Positions 24,949 to 45,565 of a DNA stretch of 64,000 bases are shown here, in pieces; positions within the stretch are counted from its first letter, which is position 1; each line of letters opens with the position of its first letter. The notes beneath the pieces were generated by a model. It worked only from the letters and a program-made list of their open reading frames with translations, was not told the DNA's origin and did not search any database. The stretch is from the human T2T-CHM13v2.0 reference genome, Homo sapiens: NCBI RefSeq assembly GCF_009914755.1, contig NC_060934.1; one strand, 5' to 3'. The translations under genes were made by a program, and so were the position numbers.

Positions 24949-25659
24949 AACCAAAATTTTTTAGTGTTATTCGCCAATGCTGCTATTAAAGAATTACATT
25001 TCAGTTTACACTTATGTCGATCTACTTTAGGAATTTGTATACTGATTTGCATTTATCCAAATTGGAATTTTTTTTAAATACTGGGACTTTTCTCTCACAG
25101 AAGAGGTCTGAGATCTTAGTCTAGCATAAATGACGAAATGGGGAGTGATAGAATAGAAAACCAAGAGAAAAGAAGTTATTTAAGAGATTAAAAGAAATAA
25201 TTATCTGACCCTTTCACATAGTCTTGGGTGCTGAATTGCAAATTCTGCTGTTTCTGCTGTGACAGAATAATAATAATTTTCTTTTCAATGATATAGAGAT
25301 ATTTAACAATGTTTACTATTTCATAGCACTAGCAAAACAGGAAAAAATGCTTGATGTAATAAAATTATTTCACCCGATTATTAATCAAATATAGAATGGG
25401 AGAATGTATATTAACATTATTTGTCTTTTGAAATAATATTATCACAAATATTAACAAACTTTGGATAGCTTTTTGATATCTTAATTCCTGATAATTGCTA
25501 CTAATTCATTTCTAAGTAACAAGTACAATATAAATTCCAGATTTAAATTAAAAATATTTGATCATTCACAATGCTATGACTGTATTACATTTCAATATTT
25601 TACCTCGTGTTATTTTCTCCATAAATAGAGTGGTTATGGTTCACAGGTACACATGCTAT

Positions 25660-25834
25660 TTGTTTATTTATTTCATTTTGTAGAGAGGGTCTTATTATTT
25701 TGCCCAGGCTAAAATGCAGTAGCTATTCAAAGGTGCAATAAAGTGCGTTACAGCTTCAAACTACTGGCCCGAAAAGATCTGGTTTAGCATTCTGAGTAGC
25801 TGGAATTGCAGGTGCCCAGCCACTGTGCCCAGCC
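25660..25834 (-). mobile_element. FAM (fossil Alu monomer)
   Basis: GCAGTAGCTATTCAAAGGTGCAAT is the reverse of the FAM-diagnostic GCGCCTGTGAATAGCCACTGC; monomer length with a T-rich tail. Confidence 0.75.
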
Positions 25835-26978
25835 ACAATTGCCACTGTGCCCAGCCACAGTCAGCTTTTTCAAGAACTGTTTAAGATAACAGGTTAGGGA
25901 AAATCAGGATAATATTTTGAGGGGAAAGAAGGTAAAATCAATTAAGACAGGGTGCACAGAGTACTTGAATGGTACAGCTGATGTTTCGTCCTTTGTACTA
26001 AATGGTGTGTATATGGGAATTGGTTATATTATTTTGACTGTTTGTAGTCATATTATGTACATATGTGTATACATAATTTAAAAATAAAAGACAAAAGTAA
26101 TATAAGCTAAAATTATAGATATTAATATTAATTTTATTTAAATATAACAAAGATTTGCCAGTATTCAAATGTCTGCAATTATCCTTAAAATGCACAGAAC
26201 CTATGTTTAGGTATAGTATCACTGTTCATCCAGCCTTCATTCACTCTAATCTACTCTTATCTAAAATTTGTAGTGTAAGTAAAATTACATTCGGTATGAC
26301 AGAAGACAAATTACAGTATTAGAACATTATGGAAAATTGGCATAACATTGTACAATCACCCATAACTTTATTATTTATCATTTTGTAACTTTTTTATTAT
26401 ATTAGTCAAAAAATCTAACTGTACTTAATAGCTAATACATATATTATTTGATTTTTTAAAGACTATTATTAAAATAATAATAATTTGGGGGTGAGAAGGC
26501 CTATTGAAAAATGACCAACATATAAATCATAAATAAGTTTGATGCAACAAATATTTGTAAGTCTTATAGGTAAAAATATAAAAATTTATTCTAAACAAAG
26601 CTAAAAGACAATAATATGCATTGGGAAATATTTGCAACATTCACTTCAAGGGTTGATGTCCGTAGAGAATTTTTACAAATTAATAAACATTTAAAAAGTT
26701 GAGGAGTGGCAATAGCTATGAGAGATAATTTACAAACACATAAAAACCAATATTAAAACTGTTTAATCTGTAAGTACATCAATAAAAATTTTATTATAGT
26801 AGTTATTTTATCTATTAAATTAGAAAAGGTCAATACAATTGATAATCTCCCAAGGGAATATATGGGAGAAGCGCTTTCTCATACACTTATAATATATTGT
26901 TAGAATGCCATTAAATAAACATTTGGCAAAAATCTATATCCTCTGTCAAAACAATTTAAGTTCTAGATCTCTAGAATC

Positions 26979-27024
26979 CACATATACATATACATATATA
27001 CATACACACACACACACACACACA
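26979..27024. repeat. (TACATA)/(CA)n compound microsatellite
   Basis: Directly visible. Confidence 0.85.
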
Positions 27025-28064
27025 TTCACACCTATATATCAACAACTCAAATCCAACTCCAATTCTTTCATAAGCAGTATTTTGTCCAACAAACAAATTT
27101 ATCTAAAATTCTTCTTGGCTTTTCTCCATTATAGAGCCAGCAATTTTATGTGTAGCTCTACCTCTAATTCCTTCATTTGCATTTATTTCTGCTTTCAAGC
27201 CCTTATATGAGGCAAATGGGATTAATTTATTTCATTATCTTAACTAGATTCATTGCTTTAATTTGTCAAACTCTGATTGATTTGCTCAACTCAATCTTGT
27301 GTGTTCAAGAACTTAATGTGGATTTCTGTTCCACCTCATGAAAGTCTTTTCCAAAAACTTGCTAAATTCTTGACTCAAGACATTCCAGTTAGTAATGCAT
27401 TTCTCTGCTCAAATACAATAGAAGTGTGCTCTAATAAATACTCTTCAACAATGTGCAGTTATTTCTCCCCAACTATCAATTCCCCTTAAAGCAGAATTTT
27501 ACTAAAAATGGCTTTATCCTTCTGGGAATAATCAGTAAAATGGCAATTGGAGGGTGAATTTAAAATATACTAAAAGCAGATGGCAGAACATGAGTGCAGA
27601 TTTTTACTACAAAGCTTAGGAAGAACAAAAGGAACCTGAATAGAGAAAATGCAGAAAAGCTCTCCCTGGGCTATTAGGACGTAGAGAGCAGAAGTATGTT
27701 TAGGAGCTTCAAAGAGTCTGTCTCTTTGCAACTGTTTATCTTAGGACTTTAAGGAAATAAAAGGTGCAAGTGAACCACTCTGGATTATAAAATAGAATTT
27801 CACACAGAAAAATCAACTCAGTTAATATGCATGTTGCTTACATGGAAATGTTGAGAAATTTTTAGCAAATAGAAAGTGGTAGATGGTAGGTATATATAAA
27901 ATAATTGCAGAAAAAATGTGAAATGAAGATGTATGGTATTACTTTTATATTTAAATTGTTAATATGTTGCCCATAATGCTTTATTTCAAAGAATGAAAAA
28001 CCGGAAAAATAGTTCCTTCCTAACTTCCCCTGCAGCCTTGTCTTGTGGAGCTTGTATTTTACTT

Positions 28065-28575
28065 CATGAGAAATGCCAAAGATATGTCATTTAAGCTGAA
28101 ACCTCCAGCAGAATTAGCCAGAATATTTGGGAAAAAGATGTTTCCAGAAAAAGAGCTAGTATAAATGTCCTTAAGCAAGACGGAGCTCATGATGATTGAG
28201 GAACAACAACAACAAAAAGATTATTTCACCCAAGAAAAGTGAATTGGGAGTACAGATATAAATGATGAGATCTGAATACGATTCATGGAGCAGGTCAAAC
28301 TAGGATGTTTGGGTGTGGTCTAAATGAATGGGTGGCATGAGTTGTTTTAAGGAGAGGAGTGACATGATTTGACAAGTTCTTAAGAGATCCCTTTGATTAC
28401 TCTGGGGAGAATAGAACATAAAGTAGCAGAAATGAAAGCAAAGGGGAGATAGTGGGAAATAATTGCACATTTATAAGCAAGAGATGATGTTGGCTGGGAC
28501 TCTGATTATAGCAACAGATGAAGAAAAAAGGAAATACTGAGAATAGTTGATTGGATTTGCTGACATTCTCAACAT
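28065..28575 (-). mobile_element. L2 LINE fragment
   Basis: CATTTAAGCTGAAACCT, GGAGTGACATGATTTGAC and CAAGAGATGATGTTGGCTGGGAC are typical antisense L2 motifs. Confidence 0.65.
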
Positions 28576-29241
28576 AAATGGAAATCAGTATTTTTTTCTA
28601 ATAAATATGATATGCATAAATATTTTTAAATATTTAATTCTTTTACCACCAGTGGGGCATGAGTAGACTTCAGGAAACATGCCAGTACAGAACCATATAA
28701 ATGTGATCATTGGTAGAGATAGGCTTTAATAGGCATTTGAATGTCTCCCTCAACCTGGAATACCACGAAAAAAGCTTTTTGCTTCGCATGTTGCATTATT
28801 ATCATACCCTATAGCTTTCTACCATTTTCAGTTACTTAATATTATGTTTTGCCTCAATAAATAACAGTACTTTCTCTTATTGTATTGTATTGTATTTGCA
28901 GCAATTATTAGTGAAGTTTTACGTTTCAATATTACATCTAAAACAAAACAAAATTGTCCCATACTATTTTCCATTAAAACACGAGATCACTATGACAAAA
29001 AAAGCTAAAATGTCATGAAATGACTTAAATTGGATGAGAGTATATGAAATACATTAAGAAATAATCTCTGACTCTGTAGTTTTTTTATTTGTAGGTTTTA
29101 CTAGAACATGAAATCAATATGTGAATCCTGGCTGGAGTTTGCATCTAAATGTAATAAAATAAAATGAAGTTTAATATTATCATTGAACCATTAGTGTACA
29201 TTAGTGAGCTGGACTATATAAAATAAACTTTATTATATTTA

Positions 29242-29556
<315 letters not shown>

Positions 29557-29715
29557 ACTTTATTATATTTAGCATTTGATTTTTATTTATGTATATTATA
29601 AAATGAATATAGTTTATATTATAATAAAAATAAAAGAAGTAGTATGTTAACTAATTCGTATAAGATGCCTACAAACTACATACCTGCCTAAATTTTTGAC
29701 CTGTGAAACTTCAAT

Positions 29716-29767
29716 GGTTTGTGTTAGGGCCTACATTTATATATGTACATGTGTAGTGTATATATAC

Positions 29768-29803
<36 letters not shown>

Positions 29804-30078
29804 TATATATATTTTTGTGTTATATATACACACTATATACACACTATATACACACTATATAGGTTTGTGTTAGGGCCTACATTTATATAGGTACATGTGT
29901 AGTGTGTGTGTATATATATATATATATACACACACACTATATATATATACACACACACTATATATATATATACACACACACTATATATATATATACACTA
30001 TATATATATACACTATATATATACACTATATATATATACACTATATATATATATATATAAAAATATATATATATATAT
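29716..30078. repeat. Complex (TA)n/(CA)n/TACAC VNTR containing a duplicated unique segment
   Basis: GGTTTGTGTTAGGGCCTACATTTATATA starts at 29716 and again at 29862, each followed by TA/CA arrays. Confidence 0.9.
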
Positions 30079-30329
30079 TTAGGGAGGGCATTGTTAATCC
30101 TTTAATTTTAAAAATTTTAACTTTGCAGACAAAGTTGATTATACCTGTGGCAGAACAATGCATACAGCAATAAATAAATAAATAACTTTTATTTTCTGTG
30201 GAGCTCCCAGAATTATGAATTATTGGATAGATTGAGATTTGCCGAGGTCATTTTCTTAGAGTTGCAAGAGCATAGGAGAAAGTCAAGGGAAATAATAAGC
30301 AGCACTTGATTTCCTTTACCACAGAGGAT

Positions 30330-30550
30330 GGGATTCTAAAACCAAATTATCTGACTATAAATCAAGACCTATCTTTTACAGGCTATGTGATTGTGGATGT
30401 TACCTCCTCTATGCTTCAATTTCCTCATCTGTAAAATGGAATTATAGCCTACCCTATTTTGTAGTATAGTGAGGATAAATTGAGTGAATGTATGTAGTTC
30501 CTAGAATAGAGCATGACACATGATAAGTGGTCAATAAAATATTGTTTACT
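30330..30550 (+). mobile_element. MIR SINE
   Basis: GCTATGTGA...CTTCAATTTCCTCATCTGTAAAATGGAAT core. Confidence 0.85.
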
Positions 30551-30616
30551 ACTAGTTATGTGACAGTCACTTCACACATAGTAATGATTTAATAAAGGAG
30601 CAAGAAGAATGTAGAG

Positions 30617-30810
30617 CACAGCTTCTCAACATCGGCACTACGACATTTTGGGTCAGACAATTATTTAATGCAGAGGGGGCCATAGGATGTTTAGCAGTGT
30701 CTCTGGCCAGTAGTGTACCTCCTCCTCTCCAAGTTTTGACAATTGCAAAGGCTTCCAGACATTGACAAATATTCCCTGAAAAGTAAAATTGTCCCGGCTT
30801 GAGAATCACA
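30617..30810. mobile_element. MER20 (hAT-Charlie)
   Basis: TTCTCAACATCGGCACTACGACATTTTGGGTCAGACAATT...CCAGACATTGACAAAT...TTGAGAATCAC. Confidence 0.85.
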
Positions 30811-31907
30811 AATATAAAGTAACCACTCAAAGATTACATTACTAATTTTGATTGAATTTGACCAGCATTATGAAATCAACATAAGCTTAAGTTTCTACAC
30901 TTGATTTTGTCATTGTCAGTTAGGGCAGCAGAGAACTCCAGTTCTGAAAATTCTGAGCATGTGCTAATAGCCTATAATATAATCAAAACTTTCATTTTGA
31001 ATTGTATTTCTTAAAAAATAGAAAACGTATTAAGCAGCAACATGGAATAATTAACCACAAAAATATGGAACATAAATCTCATTTGCCTAATATCTCTTTT
31101 GAAGTCCTGTTTCACTGTATAAGTATTATGTGTTTTGTTTCACAGCTAGATACAGCCAGTTTTTTCTCTAAGCCTAAGGTTACTCCTCAAATTTATGGTG
31201 GCTTTTTGCTCTTCTAAGTTTCTATAAAACTTCAGCAACCTGCAGCAGGTTGAAATTTATTGATATTTAGTTATTCACCAGGCCATATTTACAGTCAGGG
31301 ATTGACTTACCCAAACCAGATGCTCCCCCTGCCAGCAGATCACTAGGAGATATTGCAATAATTTCCCTGGTTACTAAATTAGCAAAAGATTCTCAGGGAG
31401 AGAGAAGGGCAAGATGGCACAGTTTAATACTTACTATTATTCTTTTATTCTTTACCATCATTCCTTTTGAATGGATTAAGAATCTGACATACACATAACT
31501 TACTAACGAAAGGGAGTTAGGTGAGAGGGAAGACATATTTGTCTAAGAAAAGTCTTAGAGAAATATTTTGAAAAGAGATAGAAAGAAGAGTTGGATTGGA
31601 GTGGGTGGGTAGGGAATCACAGTAAGGAGATGGATCATTCACAATTTCTTTAGACATGGTGAGGCAGCCACAGGAAGTCTGAACTTGTTGAAACCCTAAT
31701 CCGAAGCCAAAAAAAGTGCTCAATAAGGTCATACTTTGATCACCTCTGCCTAAAGCAGTTATTCACACCCTACTTTTGGGAGAGGAAACATCTACAAACC
31801 TTTGTTCTCTTTGTTTGTTAGCAGAGGGATGACATGAATTTGGGAAAAAAGTTTGAGAGACAGAATGAGATTTAGCTCAAACAAATGATTGACTCATGCT
31901 GGGTTGA

Positions 31908-33144
<1,237 letters not shown>

Positions 33145-33248
33145 GAAAATGTGCTTTTTCAACAGGTAGGTTGAAAATGTGCTTCAGCATTTAGGATACC
33201 AGATGTAAACATCCATGCATAGAATTAGAAAGTTTCAACTTTCATGGC

Positions 33249-33668
33249 TGCTATGGTTTGAATGCTCCCTCCAAAACTTATGTTGAAATTTAATCCAAAA
33301 TAGGATAATATTGAGAAGTGGACTTTTTAAAGAGGGGATTGGATCATGAAAGTTCCTCCCTCATGAGTGGATTAATCCATTAGTGAGTGGATTAATGGGT
33401 TATCTTGGGAAGGAAACTGGTGGATATATAAGAAGGGGAAGATAGACCTGAGCTAGCATGTTAGCATTCTCAGCCCTCTCGCCATATGATACCCTGTGCT
33501 ACCTTGGGACTCTTCTGAGAGTCCCCACAAGCAAGAAGGCTCTCAAAAGATATGCCCCATCGACCTTGGATTTCCAAGCCTCCTTAGCTGTAGAAAATAA
33601 ATTCAGTTCTGTATAAATTACTTAGCTTTGGATATACTGCTATAAGTAACATAAAATGGACTAAGACA
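33249..33668 (+). mobile_element. MST-family MaLR solo LTR
   Basis: TGCTATGGTTTGAATG...GGATTAATCCATT...GAGTCCCCAC...GGACTAAGACA; TSD ATGGC/ATGGT. Confidence 0.85.
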
Positions 33669-34347
33669 ATGGTCTTATCCTGAACTTTGTAAACTAGAAT
33701 TGGCTGTTTAGCTTCAGCATGTATTTTTTTATAGATTCAAAATAATTTCATTTTGAATTGCATAATGAAGGAATGTCATAAGGTTTTCAGCATATAGAGG
33801 CTCTAAATATCAGTCTGGCATTGTGATAAAGCAGAGAGTTTAAACCAAGTCCTATTTGTGACACATGACCTTTCTTTCTGGTTACAGCTCAGTAACATAG
33901 GAATGGATACTTAACTCAAGGATAAGCATATAATACATGAGGCTTTTTTTCAAAATTTTGATTTAGAAAATGAAGTATTCTAGTATGTTAATTATAGACA
34001 TTTCAACTGAGAAGTCTAATAGCATTGGACCAGAATAGTCACAGCAGTCCAAAGCCATGGATAAACTTAAGTTAAAGGCAACAAATAATAAGAGCCTTCC
34101 ACATTAATCTCTATCAGAGAAGATGATAAACAGGTGAATGGGGACTAGAAACCATGCAGCTTTAGAACTAGACATAAAACAAACAGCTATCTAATGATTT
34201 CCTATTTACTATGAGCCCAAGATATTCTTGTATCCTCTCAGTTAAGCTCCTGTTTCACTAAGGAAATTTAAGTAAGATTCTGTCTCTTGCAAGAAAATAA
34301 CATTTAAGACATCTTCGAATTTAATGCTGCTTTAATTTTGTTTATAC

Positions 34348-34684
34348 CAGTGGTCCCCAACCTCTTTGGTACCAGGGATTCATTTTGCGGAATATAATAT
34401 TTTCATGGACAGGGTTGGGGGGAAGGTTTCAGGATGAAACTGTTCCACCACTCAGATCATCAAGCATTACACTCTCATAAGGAGCGTGCAACCTAGATCA
34501 CTTGCATGCACAGTTCACAGTAGAGCTGGTGCTTCTATGATAATCAAATGCTGCCAGTGATCTGACAGGAGGCAGAGCTTAGGAGTAATGCTCACTCATC
34601 CACCTCTCCCATCCTGCTGTGTGGCCCAGTTCCTAACAGGCCACGGAACGGTACCAGTTTGTGGCCTGGGGGTTGGGACCCCTG
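34348..34684 (+). mobile_element. MER1B (hAT-Charlie)
   Basis: TIRs CAGTGGTCCCCAACC / GGTTGGGACCCCTG; internal CTCATAAGGAGCGTGCAACCTAGATC; 8-bp TSD GTTTATAC/TTTTACAC. Confidence 0.9.
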
Positions 34685-35370
34685 TTTTACACTATAACAT
34701 TTGCACACGTCTCTCATGGCCTGTCTTTCAGATCTGCTGTTTGTCTCGACTCAAGTCTAGCTACCTGAAAATTAGATTTTTTTTTTAAATTGAATTTGAA
34801 TATCTTAAAGTTGAATACACAGTCTCCACTTTTACACGGCCCCTACTGTCTTACATCATACCTCTCTAGCCCTGGAAGATAGCAACTTTACATTCACTTT
34901 TCCTGTTTTAGGGCTATTATTTTATCTTCAGTTATCAAAATCTATCTACTTTTAAATACTTTAACTTGAAAATACATAGTAAGCAATTATGGATTATTTA
35001 AAATAGTTTTCCCATGAGTATAAAAAAAAAAAGAATAGCGAAAGCAATATTTGTTGAGTATTTAAAAGTGCCAGGCACTGTGCAACATGCTTTGCTTAAG
35101 TAAATGTTTGACAAAATAGAAGGTCTTTTAAAAGTTCCATGTTTTAACGTTAATAACCATATCAAGATAAGGTTAGATATTCTATCAAATTACCATTTTT
35201 GTGAAGATAGGCCTTTTCTGCTATATAGAATCTCCTCAAACCTGAGTGTTCACATTATGGATTATCTAGTATACTCCACAGCTATCAAGTTTGTTTGTGT
35301 TTCTTTCTCAAGTAAGCTATCTTATTTATCTTATTTCTCCTTACTTCTTCAGACTTTTCCTCTCATTTCT

Positions 35371-35693
<323 letters not shown>

Positions 35694-36173
35694 CCTATCC
35701 TCTCATTTCTAAGGAAATGACAAATTAAGTATTTTATGCAAATACAGTGTAGGGTCATTTAAAATATTTTTTGTAATAGATGTCTCTGTACATAAATCTA
35801 TTTAATTTTTTCTTTTACAATAAAAAGGTATTAATGTGTTTTAGTTTCACCAAAAATTTCAGTAGACCAACTGTGTAAAGGTACACATTTATATCAATTT
35901 TTTTGACCTAGTAAAAACTAAAGAGGGAAAGTTATTCAAATATTTCAGCATAAATTCCCTTTCCTTGAAATTGCAATCGTCATGTGTAGCTACAATTGCT
36001 CAGTATTACTCTGTAGTATGAGTAGCTACAATTCCTCAGCATAAGAAACACTGAAGTAGACAATTGTTAAGAAAACAAAGTCATAACAAAACAACAAAAA
36101 CAACAAAATTAAAAACTAGGATATAGAAACATTAACTAAATGTTACTCTTGAAGCCGATATAAGAGAAATTAT

Positions 36174-36717
36174 TGTACTAGACACTGTGGTTCATCATCC
36201 AGATCCCATCTTCATGGGAACACATCAATCCCACACTCATAGGGGATATCAGCAGCTGACCATTCACATCTGTACCTTTCACGAAATATTGCCCTAAGAC
36301 AAACTAAAATGAACTAACCTGCCCAAAGCGGTGTCTCCTTTCGGAGAGCATCCATTGACTCATAGCTGGCTAATGTAGTGATACAAAGATGCAACTGCTT
36401 TGCCTCAATTTGGGACAACTCTGAAAGATGCCCAGTAGGACTGGCTGAAGACTCAGTTCAAAGTTGTCAAATAAAGTAAACCACGCCCAGTTGAATTTAC
36501 ATTGTTTAGTATGAGTATGTCCCATGAAATATTTAGGAATTACATAAACTACACATTATTCATGATTTATCTGAAATTTAAATTCAACCAGGCAACTTGT
36601 ACCTTCACGTGGTAAATCTGGCAGCTTTTACTTAGTTGCATCTGCATTGTAGGTAAGCATGTCGGTATGCACAGACCTCTCTTCCGTGCTTCCTTACAAG
36701 TGCGTCCCAGAAAACAA
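36174..36717 (+). mobile_element. LTR16-like ERVL LTR, interrupted by MER53 and 3'-truncated
   Basis: GACACTGTGG...CCAGATCCC and CTTTGCCTCAATTTGGGACAACTCTGAA...TAGGACTGGCTGAAG motifs. Confidence 0.7.
36459..36629. mobile_element. MER53 (hAT) MITE
   Basis: GCCCAGTTGAATTT...AGTATGTCCCATG...TTTATCTGAAATTTAAATT...AAATCTGGCA; 8-bp TSD ACTCAGTT/ACTTAGTT. Confidence 0.75.
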
Positions 36718-36734
36718 GTATTCATCTCAGAGCC

Positions 36735-41980
<5,246 letters not shown>

Positions 41981-41982
41981 AT

Positions 41983-42815
41983 TTACTTGTAAAACAGCCT
42001 CAGGCCAATCTTTCAGGAGATATTGCACAAGAAGGCATTGTTATTATAGGAGACAACAGCTCCATGTGTGCTATTGCCCCAAACACCTTTCATTGGGACG
42101 AGACGTGGACGTGGAAGACAGCGATATAGATCCACATCTTGTGTAGCCCTAGGCTAAAATGTGTTTAACAAAAAAATTTAAATGTTAAAAAGTATACATT
42201 TAACAAAATAAAAAACTTATAGAACAAGGATATAAAGAAAGAAAATATTTTTGTGCAGGTGTACAATGTGTGCCTTAAGCTAAATGTTATTACAAAAGAG
42301 TCAACAAGTTAAATAAAAGTTTATTAAGTAAAGATACAGTAAGCTAAGATTAATTACTGAAGAAAAAAATTAATAAATTTATTGTGATGAAGTGTACAGT
42401 GTTTATAAAGTCTACAGTAATGTACAGTAATGTCCTAGGCCTTCACATTTAGTCACTTCTCATTCACTGACTCACCCAGAGTAACTTCCATTCCTGTAAG
42501 CTCCATTAATTGTAAGTGCCTTGCATTGGTGTACCACTGCTTACTATTTATACAGTATTTTTATCATAACTTTTCCATGTTTAGATAATCAAATATTTTC
42601 CATTGTGTTATAGTTGGCTACAATTTCCAGTACAGTAACATGCTGTGCAGACTTGTAGCCTAGGAGAAATAAGCTATACCATATAGCAGAGGTGTGTAGC
42701 AGGCTATAACATCTAGGTTTGTGTAAGTAAGTACAGCCAATCATGTTCACACAATGACAAAATCACCTAATGCATTTCTTAGAAACTATGCCTATCATCA
42801 ATCAAGGCATGACTG
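41983..42815 (+). mobile_element. Tigger3b (Golem) DNA transposon, 3' part
   Basis: GTAAAACAGCCTCAGG...GAAGGCATTGTTATTATAGGAGA...TTGTAGCCTAGGAG...GCATGACTG followed by TA. Confidence 0.88.
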
Positions 42816-43204
42816 TATATCAGACCACTTTACTTATCCAAAATGAGCCTTGTGACAAATTCACTCTCTAGAACAAAATTGGATGATGAATTAGTAAAAA
42901 GAATCCCTTAACACAAAAATTATGACATTTTCTTACATCTTTTACTTTGTTAGACCAAGAATAGAAGACTTTTCTTCTCACTAGTAACTGCAATCAATTG
43001 GTATGACTTGGAGTACCAGGTATATCACTCTTGGCAACACATCTATTTTTAGTAGGACAAAATTGATGTGAAAAACTGAAAATCTCTTCAATAAGAGCAT
43101 TGAAACTAGGAAAGGGGTTTAGTGAGATTTAGTATATGTATTTATTTACTTCTCTGTGGTTTTTAAACTTATCTAACTTACTTCCTCTTTTTAAAACTCT
43201 GTCA

Positions 43205-43656
43205 GATTTATCACTGATTTCAGAATTAAAATCTTTACCATAGACTACAAATCCCTGAGTAGTTATGTGATTTCCTCCCTTCTATCTTCCCAGTCCATCT
43301 CATACCATACATTTATTGGCCTTCTATGTCCTAGACACACCAGCCTTTTAAGAGGACTCTTTATTAATCACAAAGATGTTGAACAGATGATTCTGACAGC
43401 CTGGAATTTTCTCTCTCCACTTTTCTTTTTCTTTTACCTAGGTTGAATTCATTGTTTAGATCTCAACTGAAATATTCCTTCTTTGTGGAAGCTTCACCAC
43501 ATGACCCAGATTATGCTAGGTCTCATAACATGCTGGGGCCTTCTCAATATTGTGATTAACCATGAGCATGATGTATTTTGCCTGGACTATATTGCAGACA
43601 AAGGGCGGACTGCAAATGCAGCTGCCGAACAAATATCTGTGGAAAGAAAAAATGAT
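43205..43656 (+). mobile_element. L2 LINE 3' fragment
   Basis: CTTTACCATAGACTACAAATCCCTG, GCCTGGAAT, TTTAGATCTCAACTGAAAT and AAATATCTGTGGAAAGAA are degenerate L2 motifs. Confidence 0.55.
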
Positions 43657-43809
43657 TCCTTATTTTAGACCTCTACTCTGTCTCATTAGCATTAAATGTC
43701 ACACAAGTCTTCCAAGCTTATTTATCTGATTTTCCAACCTGAGATAAAATAGAAGCAGCTAATAGATACACAGCACAGTGGAAAGGCAATATTAGAAATA
43801 GGTTCAGCA

Positions 43810-44344
<535 letters not shown>

Positions 44345-45459
44345 TCAAAGAACACATCCACATTTAATGGGTTTTTTTTTGTTTGTGTTTTTGAAAATTT
44401 AATTGAAGAAAGTAAAGTTACCCTGGCTTATAATAAAGTTAGATATTATAACAAAAGATAAGTCAGTGACCTTAATATGCAATGTGTTTTGGTTTACTCA
44501 TCAGATAAAATATGTTATTAATGAACAAAATAAGAAAATCTAAAAAAGGAACATGTAGAGAAACCTAGAGCTTAGCAGTATAGTTCTCTGAAATATTAAT
44601 AAGTTAAGACATATATACCAATGAGAAATGACTTCAGAAGTTTCACTCCAAGGGCCATTATAGCTCTGCAAATTCTTAAAGGATTCATTAAATTTTCAAG
44701 CACAGAAATTTGTTCATTTAATTGATTTTTATATATGCTTTTTACCCCTTTTGTTAGTTCTGATCGTCCTTAACCTACACACCAAATATGCTACAATTAA
44801 AAAGAGAAAGCTCATAATATTTTAATCCCCAAACATAAAAACTGAATTTATTAAGTACCTACTAAAGTCTAGAAACTTTGTTACACATACCACATAATTT
44901 TATAACTAAATATGTAACTTATCACAAAATCGAGATTCAAAATCTAACATTGGTGGAAAATGCAAAGCATGAGTTTAATAAGATATTAACCAAAATGCAC
45001 ACCTCTGTCTCTGCTATAACTACCTCACCTCTGGTTTGCACTAGACTTGGGTTGCCACTTGATCCATAGAGAACCGTTATTAAAAACAAACCAGAGAGTA
45101 ATTATGTCAAAACTCACAAAGCCCTGATTTAAATCATGAGAAATCTGAATAAAGCCTCCCTTGTCACACCTGTCTAATTAGCACGGACTCTAAATTGAGG
45201 AGGGGAGCCCTAAAAAGGAATTTTGTTGTAGCTGTAAAAATGTATACTCTTTACCAGCAGTTACAAAAACAAATAATCTTCATTTGAAGCAAGGTCTCCA
45301 ATTTTTCACCAGGATAGTGAATGAGCAAAGCTACATATATCCTGCAGAGTTGCTAGACACACAAAGCAAAGGATATAGGTATTACACTAATTAACAACAA
45401 TGGGACAAATCATTAAACATCAAGTAGAACATTCTGCCAAGATGATGAACAAATTATCT

Positions 45460-45565
45460 GTAAGCTAAGATTAATTTGTTACTGAAGAAAAAAATTAATA
45501 AATTTAGTGTGATGAAGTGTACAGTGTTTATAAAGTCTATAGTAATGTACAGCCATATCCTAGGC
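45460..45565 (+). repeat. Isolated 106-bp copy of Tigger3b segment 42339-42440
   Basis: Direct alignment shows one 4-nt indel and 5 substitutions. Confidence 0.9.

Noticed and set aside
29696-30173. YI/HT-rich ORFs
   Set aside because: Translation of TA/CA microsatellites.
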